The notes below the pieces were generated by a model, which did no database searches, was not told the DNA's origin, and saw only the letters and a program-made list of their open reading frames with translations. A DNA stretch of 55,015 nucleotides from a virus (Duplodnaviria > Caudoviricetes): positions 1-55,015 of IMG/VR virus record IMGVR_UViG_3300023179_000134; one strand, written 5' to 3'. Both the position numbers and the translations under genes were made by a program. Positions 31,924 through 43,246 of this stretch are shown in pieces (position 1 is the stretch's first letter; every line of letters begins with the position of its first letter).

Positions 31924-32706
31924 ATGAATAAGTTTTGCTTTGCAACAGAAGCTACTTATCCTAACTATACTCGTAGAATTAAAGAGAATATTTTAGGTGA
32001 TTATATTAGATTTGAATTAGATAAGAGAGAAATCCCATATATAATCTCAACTAATAGACCACAAGACTTTGATGAATTTAAAGGTCACCCTTTTATAAAA
32101 GTTTTTAGTATTGATGAATTGCGTAATGATGTAAAAGAGTCGTTTGAATATGAGCTCTACCCAGAAGACCCAAAAGGGTTATATCCTAGCAAATACCCAT
32201 GGAATGCAAGAAGATTTACTTTAAGAAAGGCAGCAGAACTTGGATGTAATTCTTGTTATTATTTTGAAGCTGATATGAAAGTTAATCATTGGTTAAATCT
32301 TTCTAATGAGGAGTTTTTTAAGATATTAAATGAAATTTATTCACCCAACACTTTAACAACTAATACAACAATCTTTAGATATAAAAACAAAAGACCTGAT
32401 GATGTTTTTAATTATCATGACAAATATATTGAAACGTTCGGATATAATTTTCAACCCGATCAATACGATACAGTAGACGGTACTCTTCAGTTTTATATGG
32501 GAGAATCGGTTGATGCTCTTATGAATTTTTATAAAAATTGGAATGAATTAGCTTTATTTGGATATAGAAATTCAGTTAATGGAGACTTTGGTTATAAAAA
32601 CAATGCACACGCTGTACTTTCTTTTGCTATACCTGCTTCAAATTTTACTTTAAGAGAACATGGGTTACCGTTTTTTCCTGAACATCATTTTGAAGAAAGA
32701 TACTAA
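31924..32706 (+). CDS. Putative glycosyltransferase-like protein
   Basis: Within the GT operon. YPWNARRFTLRKA...YYFEAD resembles a GT-A DxD region. Confidence 0.45.
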   Translation: MNKFCFATEATYPNYTRRIKENILGDYIRFELDKREIPYIISTNRPQDFDEFKGHPFIKVFSIDELRNDVKESFEYELYPEDPKGLYPSKYPWNARRFTLRKAAELGCNSCYYFEADMKVNHWLNLSNEEFFKILNEIYSPNTLTTNTTIFRYKNKRPDDVFNYHDKYIETFGYNFQPDQYDTVDGTLQFYMGESVDALMNFYKNWNELALFGYRNSVNGDFGYKNNAHAVLSFAIPASNFTLREHGLPFFPEHHFEERY

Positions 32707-33362
32707 TGAATTTATTAATTAAATTCCCGACTAGGGGCCGTCCAGAAAAGTTTAAAAGCACCTTTAATAGGTACTATTCATTATTATCTAAGAAAAGGGA
32801 TGTGAAATTTGTATTTACTTTTGATGAGGATGATACAACCATGAATAATGATGATATAAGGTCGTTTTTAAGCCCATACTCTAATATATGCGAACTTAAT
32901 TATGGGCAGTGTAAGAATAAAATAGAAGCTATTAATGCTAATTTAGACGATAAGCAGTTTGATGTACTTTTACTTGCAAGTGATGATTTAGTTCCATATG
33001 CGCAGTCTTATGATGATAATATATTGTCGCATATGGAAGAGGCTTTTCCTGATACTGATGGTAGTTTACAGTATTACACACCCATGTGGGCAGATACTTT
33101 AGATATAATGTGTATTCTCGGATTTAAATATTATAAAAGATTTAATTATATTTATCACCCATCCTATAAAGGGCTGTTTTGTGATAACGAATTTACTGAT
33201 GTTAAAAAATTTTTAGGTAAAAATAAATTTGTTTGCGAGCAATTGTTTGATCATAATTATATACAAGGCGATCCTACAGCTTGTAGGAGTAATAATAGTG
33301 ATTTTCAACGCGATGACTGGTGTAATTACGAAGAACGTAAAAAAATTAACTACGGGTTGTAA
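32706..33362 (+). CDS. GT-A (GT2-like) glycosyltransferase
   Basis: LLIKFPTRGRP, KIEAIN, DVLLLASDD and YKGLFCDNEF. Confidence 0.75.
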   Translation: MNLLIKFPTRGRPEKFKSTFNRYYSLLSKKRDVKFVFTFDEDDTTMNNDDIRSFLSPYSNICELNYGQCKNKIEAINANLDDKQFDVLLLASDDLVPYAQSYDDNILSHMEEAFPDTDGSLQYYTPMWADTLDIMCILGFKYYKRFNYIYHPSYKGLFCDNEFTDVKKFLGKNKFVCEQLFDHNYIQGDPTACRSNNSDFQRDDWCNYEERKKINYGL

Positions 33363-33363
33363 T

Positions 33364-34884
33364 ATGTTTTCTATTTTAGGTACAATATTTGCAAATAAAG
33401 GATATTATATAAATCTAGACTCTTCCTTAGACCGCAAAGAACATATAGAGAATCAAATATTAAAGTATGATATAAAAAATCTTAAAAGGTTTTCTGCTTT
33501 AACAGATGAGCTTAGACAGTGCACTGCTACTAAAAGCCAAAAAGCTGTTTTTGAACAAGCATTAAAAGAAGACTATGAAGTTATTTTTGTATCAGAAGAT
33601 GATTTTGATATTTTAGATACTGTCATTACTTTAAATGGTCAAGAAGTGCCTATTAAGGAGCATTTAGCTTCTTTAAAAGCTGAATTAGACACTATAGAAT
33701 GGGACGTTTTTATGTTTGGATGCACACCTAAAACATTTCTTATTCCTTATACATCTAATATTAGCTTAATAAACAAAAGTACCGGTGCATGGGCCTATCT
33801 TATTAAAAAGAGAGCTATGCAGTACATACTAGACAACTTCAATTATAAAAGAGATTATCAGGCAATAGATGATATTTTGCCAATTTTAAATTTTAGAGGG
33901 TTTAAAACATATTGCGCCACGCCTATTACCATCCATCATGCAAAAGGGTTTGAGTCAACCTTAAACCCTCAAGGTCCCGTTAATTACGACAATATGATAG
34001 AAGGTAGCTATTACAAATACTTAAAAGATTTTATAAAGCCAAATTATTTAGATCAGTATGAAGTAGAGAGAAAACTCACCATAGTAGTAACCGGGCATTT
34101 TGTAGATAACTTTTTATACTATTTAAGATACCTTTTGCATAGCTTACCAGAAGAGATTAAAAAGTGTAGGTTTTTAATTTATTACGATCATAATCCTAAT
34201 ATAGAGAATCCTATACTACCTCTAATACATTATTTTTATAATAGAAATAATACTATTACTTACGATATTAAATTTGTAAAATACGGTCTTATTGATGCAG
34301 TAAAGACTTGTTTAGAAGATATTACTACTCCATATTTTATGTTCTTAGAACACGATTGGGTATTTCTTAAGAAAGATAATATAAACTTTAAATCTATTAT
34401 TAACGCTTTTGACAAATATAATTTTATTCATTCAGTTTACTTAAACAAGGATAATAACGTAATGAGAGGATTTGAAATATGTCAAGATGTTACTGGTCAA
34501 ACAACCCCGTATGAATTAGAAGAAAGAGTTAAAGAAATTAATCTTATTACTACATGTAGGTGGTCTAATAATCCTGCCATACATAGAACTAGCAAATATA
34601 AAGAGTGGTATAACACATATCTTGCTTCTGTTCATAATAACGTTGGACATGGTCAACACGATGTTGAGGAAGTCATGATACCTACCTACAGAGACATTAT
34701 TTCTAAGTCAAAATGGATTGATATTAGAGATAGTTGGGGTACTTATTTATATGGTAATATCGGCGATGGTCCTTATGTTGGCCACACAGATGCTTCGCGA
34801 AGATATCTTACATCATCAAGGTCTCAACCAGAAATCGATGGCGACGAATATATAAAGAATAATCCCTTACCACAACATGATTAA
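33364..34884 (+). CDS. Two-domain glycosyltransferase (GT25-like plus GT-A)
   Basis: YYINLDSSLDRKE, SEDD and GAWAYLI (GT25-like); second domain FLEHDW...WSNNP. Start moved to ATG 33364, just after the upstream stop. Confidence 0.75.
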   Translation: MFSILGTIFANKGYYINLDSSLDRKEHIENQILKYDIKNLKRFSALTDELRQCTATKSQKAVFEQALKEDYEVIFVSEDDFDILDTVITLNGQEVPIKEHLASLKAELDTIEWDVFMFGCTPKTFLIPYTSNISLINKSTGAWAYLIKKRAMQYILDNFNYKRDYQAIDDILPILNFRGFKTYCATPITIHHAKGFESTLNPQGPVNYDNMIEGSYYKYLKDFIKPNYLDQYEVERKLTIVVTGHFVDNFLYYLRYLLHSLPEEIKKCRFLIYYDHNPNIENPILPLIHYFYNRNNTITYDIKFVKYGLIDAVKTCLEDITTPYFMFLEHDWVFLKKDNINFKSIINAFDKYNFIHSVYLNKDNNVMRGFEICQDVTGQTTPYELEERVKEINLITTCRWSNNPAIHRTSKYKEWYNTYLASVHNNVGHGQHDVEEVMIPTYRDIISKSKWIDIRDSWGTYLYGNIGDGPYVGHTDASRRYLTSSRSQPEIDGDEYIKNNPLPQHD

Positions 34885-37189
34885 TATACAAAAAATTCTC
34901 AATTTTGAAAATAAAAAATTAGATCCTTCGATTGTAAATAGTGATCAAATAAAATACATTGTTACATATCTTTCTGAGGTCATAGATAATAATCTCGAGG
35001 GCGATATTGTTGAGTTAGGTTGCTATTTAGGAGAGACAAGCAAATATATTTCTAAAACTCTTGAAGTTGCTAAATCTAATAAAAAATATTATGTTTATGA
35101 TTCGTTTGAAGGATTGCCTGATTTATCTAAATTTGAAGAAGGTACAGGTTGGAAGCCCCGAACTCTTAATACAACGGAAGAAGTATTGAGAGCTAATTTT
35201 GAATTGAATAATGTCAACCTACCTATTATAACAAAATCGTGGTTTAAGGATATTAAAGAAGAACAGCTTCCAGATAAAATATCGTTTGCATTTTTAGATG
35301 GTGATTTCTATACTTCTATTTTTGAAAGTTTAGAAAAAATATATAATAGAGTAGTAGACGGTGGATATATATTAGTACACGACTATAAAAGAAATGACCT
35401 TCCGGGTGTTGAAGCTGCTATTTTAGAATATTTTAGACTTAACAATCTTAAATTAAATATAATAGAAGTTTGTGAACAATTAGCTGTAATATGCAAGAAC
35501 AGAGAAATTAAAAAAATAGAACCTCAAAAATCTAAATTTACCATAGTTACAGGCCTGTGGGATATTGGTAGGGACAAGCTTAAAGATGGTTGGTCACGCG
35601 GCTATTCGCACTATTTAACTAAGCTCGAAGAGCTTTTAAAAGCTGATTTTAATTTAATTATATTTGGTGATGAAGAATTAGAGAAATTTGTATTTGAGCG
35701 CCGTGATCAATACAACACACAATTTATTAAGCGCGGTATTGATTGGATCAAGAATATGCCATTTTATAGTAAAATACAAGAGATTAGAACTAATCCCGAT
35801 TGGTATAACCAAGCCGGCTGGCTATCAGAATCAACACAAGCAAAGCTAGAGATGTACAACCCTCTTGTTATGAGTAAGGTGTTTCTTTTAAATGATGCTA
35901 AAATATTAGATAAGTTTGATTCTGAGTTTTTATTTTGGCTAGATGCAGGTATTACAAATACTGTACACCCTGGATATTTTACGCATGATAAAGTATTAGA
36001 AAAACTACCAAAATTTTTAGATAAATTTTTATTTGTTAGCTTCCCTTACCCTGATGGTGGTGAAATTCATGGCTTTACAAGAACAAAAATGAATGAAGTG
36101 GCGCAAACAGAGAACGTAGAGTATGTTTGCCGCGCAGGCTTTTTTGGTGGGCCAAAAGAATTTATTTCTGAAATTAATACTATTTACTATAGTTTATTAA
36201 ATAGCACTTTATCAGAAGGGTATATGGGTACAGAAGAAAGTATTTTTACTTTAATGACCTATCTTCATCCCCATCTTTTTACAAGAGTATCGATAGATGG
36301 AAACGGACTCTTGGGTAAATTCTTTGAAGATTTAAAAAATTTAGATCTTACTGAACATGAGGCTCAGCTAGCTAGCAGGGTATTATCAGGAGTGAGCTTA
36401 TATGTTATAACCTTCAATTCGCCAAAGCAGTTTGAGGTTTTATGCGAATCATATCTTAAGCACCCAGGTTTTATAACAGAAACAAAAAATTATCTTCTCG
36501 ATAACAGTACAAATGAAAAGACTTTTGAAGAATATAGCAAGTTATGTAAAAAGTATAAATTTGAACATATTAAAAAAGATAATTTAGGTATTTGTGGTGG
36601 TAGGCAGTTTATAGCCGAACATTTTAATGAAAGCGATTCGAAGTATTGTATTTTTCTAGAAGATGATATGACACTCTGTACAGAAAACACACCTGTTTGT
36701 AGAAATGGGTTTCCTCGCTATACAAATAATCTTTTCTATAAAATAGTTAAAATTATGGATAAAGAAAAGTTTGATTTTCTTAAGTTTTCTTTTTCTGAAT
36801 TTTTTGGAGATAATTCTATTCAATGGGCATGGTATAACGTTCCTCAGGTTGTAAGAGAAAAGTTTTGGCCAAATAATAAAAAACTACCTAAGATGGGCCT
36901 AGACCCTAATGCACCGAAGACACAATTTAAAAATATAGGTATATTAGACAGTCTAAGCTATATTACTGGAGACATTTATTACTGTAATTGGCCTCAAATT
37001 GTATCTAAAGAGGGTAATAAGAAGATGTTTATTGATACTAAATGGGCGTCCCCCTTTGAACAGACGTGGATGTCGTATATGTATCAACTTACTAAGGAAA
37101 ATAAACTTAACGGTGCACTTTTATTACTATCTCCTATTGAACATAATCGCTTTGACCATTACGCTAATACATTAAGAAGAGAAAACTGA
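34877..37189 (+). CDS. Three-domain protein: TylF/MycF-like O-methyltransferase, HtrL/YibB-like domain and GT-A glycosyltransferase
   Basis: EGDIVELG, YDSFEGLP, FLDGDFY and GGYILVHDY (TylF); TIVTGLWDIGR...FWLDAG...GFFGG (HtrL-like); NLGICGGRQ...IFLEDD (GT-A). Confidence 0.8.
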   Translation: MINIQKILNFENKKLDPSIVNSDQIKYIVTYLSEVIDNNLEGDIVELGCYLGETSKYISKTLEVAKSNKKYYVYDSFEGLPDLSKFEEGTGWKPRTLNTTEEVLRANFELNNVNLPIITKSWFKDIKEEQLPDKISFAFLDGDFYTSIFESLEKIYNRVVDGGYILVHDYKRNDLPGVEAAILEYFRLNNLKLNIIEVCEQLAVICKNREIKKIEPQKSKFTIVTGLWDIGRDKLKDGWSRGYSHYLTKLEELLKADFNLIIFGDEELEKFVFERRDQYNTQFIKRGIDWIKNMPFYSKIQEIRTNPDWYNQAGWLSESTQAKLEMYNPLVMSKVFLLNDAKILDKFDSEFLFWLDAGITNTVHPGYFTHDKVLEKLPKFLDKFLFVSFPYPDGGEIHGFTRTKMNEVAQTENVEYVCRAGFFGGPKEFISEINTIYYSLLNSTLSEGYMGTEESIFTLMTYLHPHLFTRVSIDGNGLLGKFFEDLKNLDLTEHEAQLASRVLSGVSLYVITFNSPKQFEVLCESYLKHPGFITETKNYLLDNSTNEKTFEEYSKLCKKYKFEHIKKDNLGICGGRQFIAEHFNESDSKYCIFLEDDMTLCTENTPVCRNGFPRYTNNLFYKIVKIMDKEKFDFLKFSFSEFFGDNSIQWAWYNVPQVVREKFWPNNKKLPKMGLDPNAPKTQFKNIGILDSLSYITGDIYYCNWPQIVSKEGNKKMFIDTKWASPFEQTWMSYMYQLTKENKLNGALLLLSPIEHNRFDHYANTLRREN

Positions 37190-37230
37190 TTTACCACGTT
37201 TAAATACGTGTGATTTAAGTAAATAATAAT

Positions 37231-38028
37231 GTGAATTATGTTAATTATGTATTGTCGAGTGTTCAAATCCCTGGGTACCCTTCAGTATTAAATCATTACA
37301 TTTTTTTTGATCCCGTTCTAGGTACAATTGACTACCCGGCAAGTGCAAATGGTAGTTATTTCTCAGAAACAACAGGTACTTTTGTATACCCTGCCACAGC
37401 TAACGGTGGATTATTTTTCCCATGGGGGTATTCCGTTGAAAATACTACACTTAGCGCTGACTTAGGTGTTTTTAAAGGACAAGTTACTCTATTAATTAGC
37501 CCTTCATCTATAGACAATACTTACTTTACCACTTTAAAGATAATTTATGATTTTAACGACAATGACGTTATTAATATTGAAAAGGGTATTGTAGAAAATA
37601 TTTTACCCGGTAACGTCGCATTTCTAGATGCTGGCAACCCAAATGATAAGAATATTTCTCACGTTTATACTTCTAAATCGTTAAGCGGTACAACTTATTA
37701 CCCCACAGTAACTGTTCTTAACGGGAACATGGCGTTAAATGTTTTTAATTTAAAAATTACATTACTTCCCGGTACAGTATTTGATTTTGAAGATTTTCAT
37801 CTTATTAATACATCACAATTATCGAGATTTGATACACCTGATTTCAAGTCTTTAGAAGTTTTTGAGTTAGATGAATCCGATGTTAACTATGTATCTAATT
37901 TTTTACTTATTAGTTCCTATCCCACACCTACACCTACAATCACCCCCTACCCGACACCCACACCATCTGTTACACCTACAGCAACAGTTACCCCCACTTT
38001 AACAAGAACCCCTACCCCATCACCTTAA
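37231..38028 (+). CDS. Virion protein with a C-terminal Thr/Pro tail
   Basis: TAAATA-N5-GTG; ends in about 35 aa of PTPT repeats. Confidence 0.6.
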   Translation: MNYVNYVLSSVQIPGYPSVLNHYIFFDPVLGTIDYPASANGSYFSETTGTFVYPATANGGLFFPWGYSVENTTLSADLGVFKGQVTLLISPSSIDNTYFTTLKIIYDFNDNDVINIEKGIVENILPGNVAFLDAGNPNDKNISHVYTSKSLSGTTYYPTVTVLNGNMALNVFNLKITLLPGTVFDFEDFHLINTSQLSRFDTPDFKSLEVFELDESDVNYVSNFLLISSYPTPTPTITPYPTPTPSVTPTATVTPTLTRTPTPSP

Positions 38029-38040
38029 TAAATATTTACT

Positions 38041-41000
38041 ATGGATGTAATAACATTAAATGACACGAATTTTATAGGTTTATCTGCACGCTATAAAGAT
38101 GATGATGCTTTACAGTTTAATCAATCTATAATTTTTTCTGAGCAGAGCATATATCTTTCTTTAAATGATATTTTAAAAGAAATATACGACAATAAGATTA
38201 ACAATTATTCAAATCTTTTTTTAACTAGAAAAGAAGTTCTTTCTTCAGGATTTAACATAGAAAAGCTTGAGCCTTTAGAAGACGAAGGATTCTCAACATA
38301 TATTGCTGCTAATGCAGCTGGAACAATAGTTCCTACCACAAAGTTCTGGACTGTTGAAGAACCGGCAGTAAATGTAAATGTTGCTCAAGTTAAAGTCGAT
38401 GGTGAGTTTAGTAAAGTTAATAATTCTTATTTTTTTGATATTGAATTGCTTACTGAAAAATTATGTAAAATAACACACGAAAACAATAATGTAGTTAGAT
38501 ATCTTACTGTTGATTATACAGGCAATTTATCTTTTGCAAAAGATGCGGGGTTAGATATTATAGGGCCTTTGAGCCCTCAAATTTTCTATTACGTTTACGA
38601 TAGATCATACAACTACATAGTTCTTATAAAAAATATAAACGATATACCTAAATTCGTTACTTTTAGTGCAAATAATGAGGACCTGGCTTTAACAGATCCC
38701 ATAACAGGTACTAGTATTCCTTACTCTATTTCTTCTGTGTTTAGAGTGCGAGAACGAAATCCATTACCTAATAGAACTGAGCTTATTGACCCGTGGGTTA
38801 GCTACACAAAGAACTTTAAGACGAATTCTCAAGATATTAATATAGATAGAAGCTATGATAATATTAACAGTAATTACTTGCTTAATAATGAATATTATTC
38901 AATATCTGGAAACTATATAGATTTTAATGTATTATCACTTAAAAACGCTTTTACACCTGAATATAACATATCACGCGCAAACCCATTTTTTGACGAACTT
39001 AATGTAGAGTTTAGAGATTATCAGAAACTACATACAGGCTCTTATCAAAATTTAGGTTCAGACAATATTACCGCTGGATATGAAGCATACACAAATTCAA
39101 TTATATTAAAAAAAGATAAGGTAACGTACTTTCATATACCGCAAGTTTTTTACCCGTTTTTAAGGCTAAATATTAACGATTCAGGGCTTACAGATGCGGG
39201 CGCTATAGCAGGCGATCACCCGCTTAAATCAGATAAAATTTTTAAGAAAAAAGCAGATTATAAATATACTTCTAATTTTGGTGATACTGCAGAAGAAAAT
39301 TCAGGTGAATTTTTATGTGCGTGGCTTTCAGGTAATACAAATCCAAGCGTAAGACCTATATGGGTTGACAGATACTATAATCCAAAAAAGGTTTCAGGTT
39401 ATCAAGCGCTTACAGCTTCTGACTTTAAAGCTATAAAATATATTTCTAATTTTGATTGTTTAGTCGATAAAGCTTTCGAAACATTCGCTAAAGAAGTAGA
39501 CGTTTTTGATAAGCCTTCAGATTTAATTTTTGAAAAAGGAACATATTATGCCTACCATCACTACGGTCCTAGCGATGTCGACAAGTTTATAGAAACTCTT
39601 TCCACAGATTTAGTAGAAAAGGGTATTAATTCGTATAAGTTTTATAACGGCTCAGACGCTACATATTCAGCTATTATAAATGATAGTAATGAAATTTCTG
39701 AGTATATTTTTGACGGCACAATTTACGGCTCTACTTCAAGATTATCAGCAGTTCAAGATTCTAATCAATTTACACTAGTATTTGATGGCTACAGCTCTGA
39801 TTGGAATAAACCACTAGGAAACCAATTAGTTGGAAACTATGATCGTGATGGATTTGGTATATTTAATGAAAATTTAATAACACCTACTTTATTCATTCCG
39901 TTCTTAAGCGGTATGTACGTTACTAATTTAAATTATAATGTACTTAACACATTAAAGTTCGATAGTAATATTACTGGTATAATACGACTACAGGGTATGA
40001 ATGATTTTTATGGAATTTTCGAGGACAATAGCTTTAGAAGATTTAATTTAAATTATTCTGAAACTAGAAGAGCATATCCTTCTGATATAACTGATGAATT
40101 AGGAAAAGTTAGAGGTGTTGATTATAATGAAACAGATGCAAGGGCTTTAATAGGCGATGATCCAGGTATTAAAAAAATAATGAAACTAGATTTACTATCT
40201 CATGAAATTACTGATATTACTACAGGTACCTTTAATTTAACAAGATACCCTAGAAGAATATCTAGAGGGCTTAATATTAACTCAACAAACTCTATTGTTT
40301 TATATAATGGTGTGATGTATTTAACGCAGGGCAATAAAGCGGTGCGCGCTAAAGATACAATATTTTATAATTATCTAGACAAACAAATTTTACAATGGAA
40401 AGACATTACAAATTTAACAAGTACAAATCCAATTACAGCGTTTATTTCGCCTACTACTATAAATGATTTTTCCGTTGACTATAATAGTGATTTGTGGATA
40501 GTATTTGATAACAATAAATTTGCAAAATATAGTTATGACAGAGTATTTATTTTATCAGGGCAGTTCGTAGAAGACGACGATAAAAACTATACAAATTATA
40601 AAATCGATTTTACAGCAGATTTTAATTTAGGCATTTACAATCAGTATGCTGTAATAACTAGACAATCGTATGAAGGGGATAAAAAGAATCTTCAATTTAT
40701 AAAAATATCTTTAAGTGGTATTACAGTAAGCAGAGATTATTTTTCGGAATATTCGCCTCAAGGTAATAATTATATATGCAAAACCGTACTTTCTAAAGAG
40801 GTTTTTACAACCTCAACAACATTATCAAGTAAATATTCTAACGGTATTATAATAAATCAAATAATACCATTACAAGACTACACTTCAATAGTTGCATTTA
40901 GTGCAAACACATCAAATTATTTTTATCAATATAAAAATAATGCTTCTAATTTCTCTAATTCAAAATTCCTAACAACATATGTTAAAGACAAATATCCCGC

Positions 41001-41628
41001 AAATAGTATTAATGTAAAAGCTCAACTAACTAATATTTTTAATCAAAATGACACAGTATCAACAGAAATTATTTTTAATTTATCTGCTCTTGATCCAGGA
41101 TATCATAATTTTGCTGTTAGATTTGATGCAGATGGCGGATATATGCATTTGTTTATTGATGGGCAGCAGCAAGGTGTTACAGAATTTTCACCTAGAAAAT
41201 ATAAATTTAGTAATTTAATATATAGGCCTTTTCTTATAGGTAGTTCGAGCTATGCTTATTCTCTTCCTTTATTTTCTTATTTAAAAAATTCTTCGTTTTT
41301 AACATATGATTTTAGAGTTAAAAACTTCTACATATACGACACGCCGTTATTTGATTTTGATATAATGTTCCACGCGAGAAAAGGAATGAATATACAAGAT
41401 ATTGTCTTTGATGTCGCATGCGGCAGACGCAATTATTCAGAAGAAATAGAAAGATATTTTAAATTAGCTGTGCCTGGGTCTAAATCTACACAATATAATT
41501 TAGTTATTAAAAATTCAGGAATTAGAGATTCAGATCTTCAGTATGCTTTAGAGCAGAGAATTTATGAAATTATAAATAGCACAGCTCCTGTCTATTCAAA
41601 GTTAAATACTATAAAGTGGGTTAATTAA
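38041..41628 (+). CDS. Large virion protein with a LamG/concanavalin-like C-terminal region
   Basis: GYHNFAVRFD...MHLFIDG...FLIG...KNFYIYD; TAAATA upstream. Confidence 0.55.
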   Translation: MDVITLNDTNFIGLSARYKDDDALQFNQSIIFSEQSIYLSLNDILKEIYDNKINNYSNLFLTRKEVLSSGFNIEKLEPLEDEGFSTYIAANAAGTIVPTTKFWTVEEPAVNVNVAQVKVDGEFSKVNNSYFFDIELLTEKLCKITHENNNVVRYLTVDYTGNLSFAKDAGLDIIGPLSPQIFYYVYDRSYNYIVLIKNINDIPKFVTFSANNEDLALTDPITGTSIPYSISSVFRVRERNPLPNRTELIDPWVSYTKNFKTNSQDINIDRSYDNINSNYLLNNEYYSISGNYIDFNVLSLKNAFTPEYNISRANPFFDELNVEFRDYQKLHTGSYQNLGSDNITAGYEAYTNSIILKKDKVTYFHIPQVFYPFLRLNINDSGLTDAGAIAGDHPLKSDKIFKKKADYKYTSNFGDTAEENSGEFLCAWLSGNTNPSVRPIWVDRYYNPKKVSGYQALTASDFKAIKYISNFDCLVDKAFETFAKEVDVFDKPSDLIFEKGTYYAYHHYGPSDVDKFIETLSTDLVEKGINSYKFYNGSDATYSAIINDSNEISEYIFDGTIYGSTSRLSAVQDSNQFTLVFDGYSSDWNKPLGNQLVGNYDRDGFGIFNENLITPTLFIPFLSGMYVTNLNYNVLNTLKFDSNITGIIRLQGMNDFYGIFEDNSFRRFNLNYSETRRAYPSDITDELGKVRGVDYNETDARALIGDDPGIKKIMKLDLLSHEITDITTGTFNLTRYPRRISRGLNINSTNSIVLYNGVMYLTQGNKAVRAKDTIFYNYLDKQILQWKDITNLTSTNPITAFISPTTINDFSVDYNSDLWIVFDNNKFAKYSYDRVFILSGQFVEDDDKNYTNYKIDFTADFNLGIYNQYAVITRQSYEGDKKNLQFIKISLSGITVSRDYFSEYSPQGNNYICKTVLSKEVFTTSTTLSSKYSNGIIINQIIPLQDYTSIVAFSANTSNYFYQYKNNASNFSNSKFLTTYVKDKYPANSINVKAQLTNIFNQNDTVSTEIIFNLSALDPGYHNFAVRFDADGGYMHLFIDGQQQGVTEFSPRKYKFSNLIYRPFLIGSSSYAYSLPLFSYLKNSSFLTYDFRVKNFYIYDTPLFDFDIMFHARKGMNIQDIVFDVACGRRNYSEEIERYFKLAVPGSKSTQYNLVIKNSGIRDSDLQYALEQRIYEIINSTAPVYSKLNTIKWVN

Positions 41629-43245
41629 ATGAATATCTCATTAGAAATACAAAATGAAGGTTTAATTTACGATAGATATTTAGGTGAAGAGCTATCTTTA
41701 CCATACAATTTAGATGATATTAAAGTTCAAGCAAATGATACTGTATCATCTAGTTTAGTTAACTTAAAATTTAAGCATTTGTATGATAATTTCTTATATC
41801 TCTATAAAAATACTCTTCTCGCTTCTAATGTAATTCCCGTTTCATCTACAGCTATAGCTGGTATTACCGCGTCGTCTACTAATTTTACTTGGTATAGGGG
41901 GTTAAGTTCTAGAGAATTTAGAGCTTTAGCAAACAACACATCTTTACAAGGTGTTGATAATACAAAAGCAATGACATTAGTAAAAAATAGAGATTTTGAT
42001 AGATATTCATTATTCACTTCATCTGGAACTGCTATTAATATTTTTAACTTTGATTATAGCGCAACCTATATAGAAAAAGTCTTGACTATAACTCAACTTG
42101 ATCAAGGATACGGAGTACCTTTTAAAAGTGTGTGTGATTTTGAAATAAGCGGTAATAATCTTTTTGTTTTAGACTGCGATCTTAATAGGCTTATTAAATA
42201 CGATGCAAGCGGGTTTTTAGAACTTAACACGGTTTCTAACAATAGATTATTTTACATTGATTCAATTGGTAATTATGGAGATCAAAATGCTAAAACAGAT
42301 TTTTATGACCCTCAAGGAATTACCATTTTTGATAATTTTATTTTTGTATTAGACTCGGGTAACAAATGTATTAAAAAATATGATATTAATTTAAATTGGA
42401 AATTTACATACAGGCTTTATAAGGACTTTTTATCTGCATTTCCCGTAGACATTGCCAATGACAGCACTGGCAATTTGTTTGTTTTAACAGATAATAATAA
42501 GTTATTTATTTATAATAATGAAATTAGTTCTAAAAAAATTATTGATTTAGAACCGCTTAGAGAAGGTGACGAGCAATTTAAAAAACTAGTTTTTTCTAAA
42601 AGCGATTCGAATATATTTTATCTTTATTCAGATAAAAATGTTTATAAGAAACTAGTAAATAAGCCATACAGTACAGTTGGAAAATATTTGCTGTATTTAT
42701 TTAAATATGATGACCCTAATGAAATTATTAAATCATTCGCTTCAGCACCTACATTAGACAATAAAAGCGACACTAATATTTTATTTTCTGTCTCCGGTAA
42801 TATAGGTAAGTTTGGATATTTTTATGATAATTTAAATTTATTTGATATTTTAGCTGTTCGCGATTTTGATATATATAGCTTTGAAGAGAATAACTTTAGC
42901 AGTAATGAATATATTCAAAATTGGGTTTTTAATAAAAATATATCAAAAATTTTACTTGGCATGATGAGATTGAGAGATGAAATTATTGGAAAGTTTATTG
43001 CATCTAAAGACTACAAAGGCAACGTCACTTTTACTGGTACAAGGTACTTATTACCAACAGAATTAAATTCTGTTTATTTTGAACAGGATATGACTTTTTA
43101 TGTTGGTAATAATGAGCTTTTAACAAGTAGTATTATTAATAGACCTCTTATAAAGCTGTATAATATTCAAGAATCTCTTTTAAAAATTCTTGATGCTGAA
43201 ATTTTAAGAGTTCCTAACGACAACATCCCAATTTATTTAAATTAA
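41629..43245 (+). CDS. Virion protein with an NHL-like beta-propeller
   Basis: [22 protein letters not shown]...[14 protein letters not shown] and [15 protein letters not shown]. Confidence 0.6.
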   Translation: MNISLEIQNEGLIYDRYLGEELSLPYNLDDIKVQANDTVSSSLVNLKFKHLYDNFLYLYKNTLLASNVIPVSSTAIAGITASSTNFTWYRGLSSREFRALANNTSLQGVDNTKAMTLVKNRDFDRYSLFTSSGTAINIFNFDYSATYIEKVLTITQLDQGYGVPFKSVCDFEISGNNLFVLDCDLNRLIKYDASGFLELNTVSNNRLFYIDSIGNYGDQNAKTDFYDPQGITIFDNFIFVLDSGNKCIKKYDINLNWKFTYRLYKDFLSAFPVDIANDSTGNLFVLTDNNKLFIYNNEISSKKIIDLEPLREGDEQFKKLVFSKSDSNIFYLYSDKNVYKKLVNKPYSTVGKYLLYLFKYDDPNEIIKSFASAPTLDNKSDTNILFSVSGNIGKFGYFYDNLNLFDILAVRDFDIYSFEENNFSSNEYIQNWVFNKNISKILLGMMRLRDEIIGKFIASKDYKGNVTFTGTRYLLPTELNSVYFEQDMTFYVGNNELLTSSIINRPLIKLYNIQESLLKILDAEILRVPNDNIPIYLN

Positions 43246-43246
43246 T

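Noticed and set aside
33229-33363. Upstream start for the GT25-like gene
   Set aside because: It overlaps the previous gene by 134 nt. ATG 33364 follows the upstream stop like other coupled genes.
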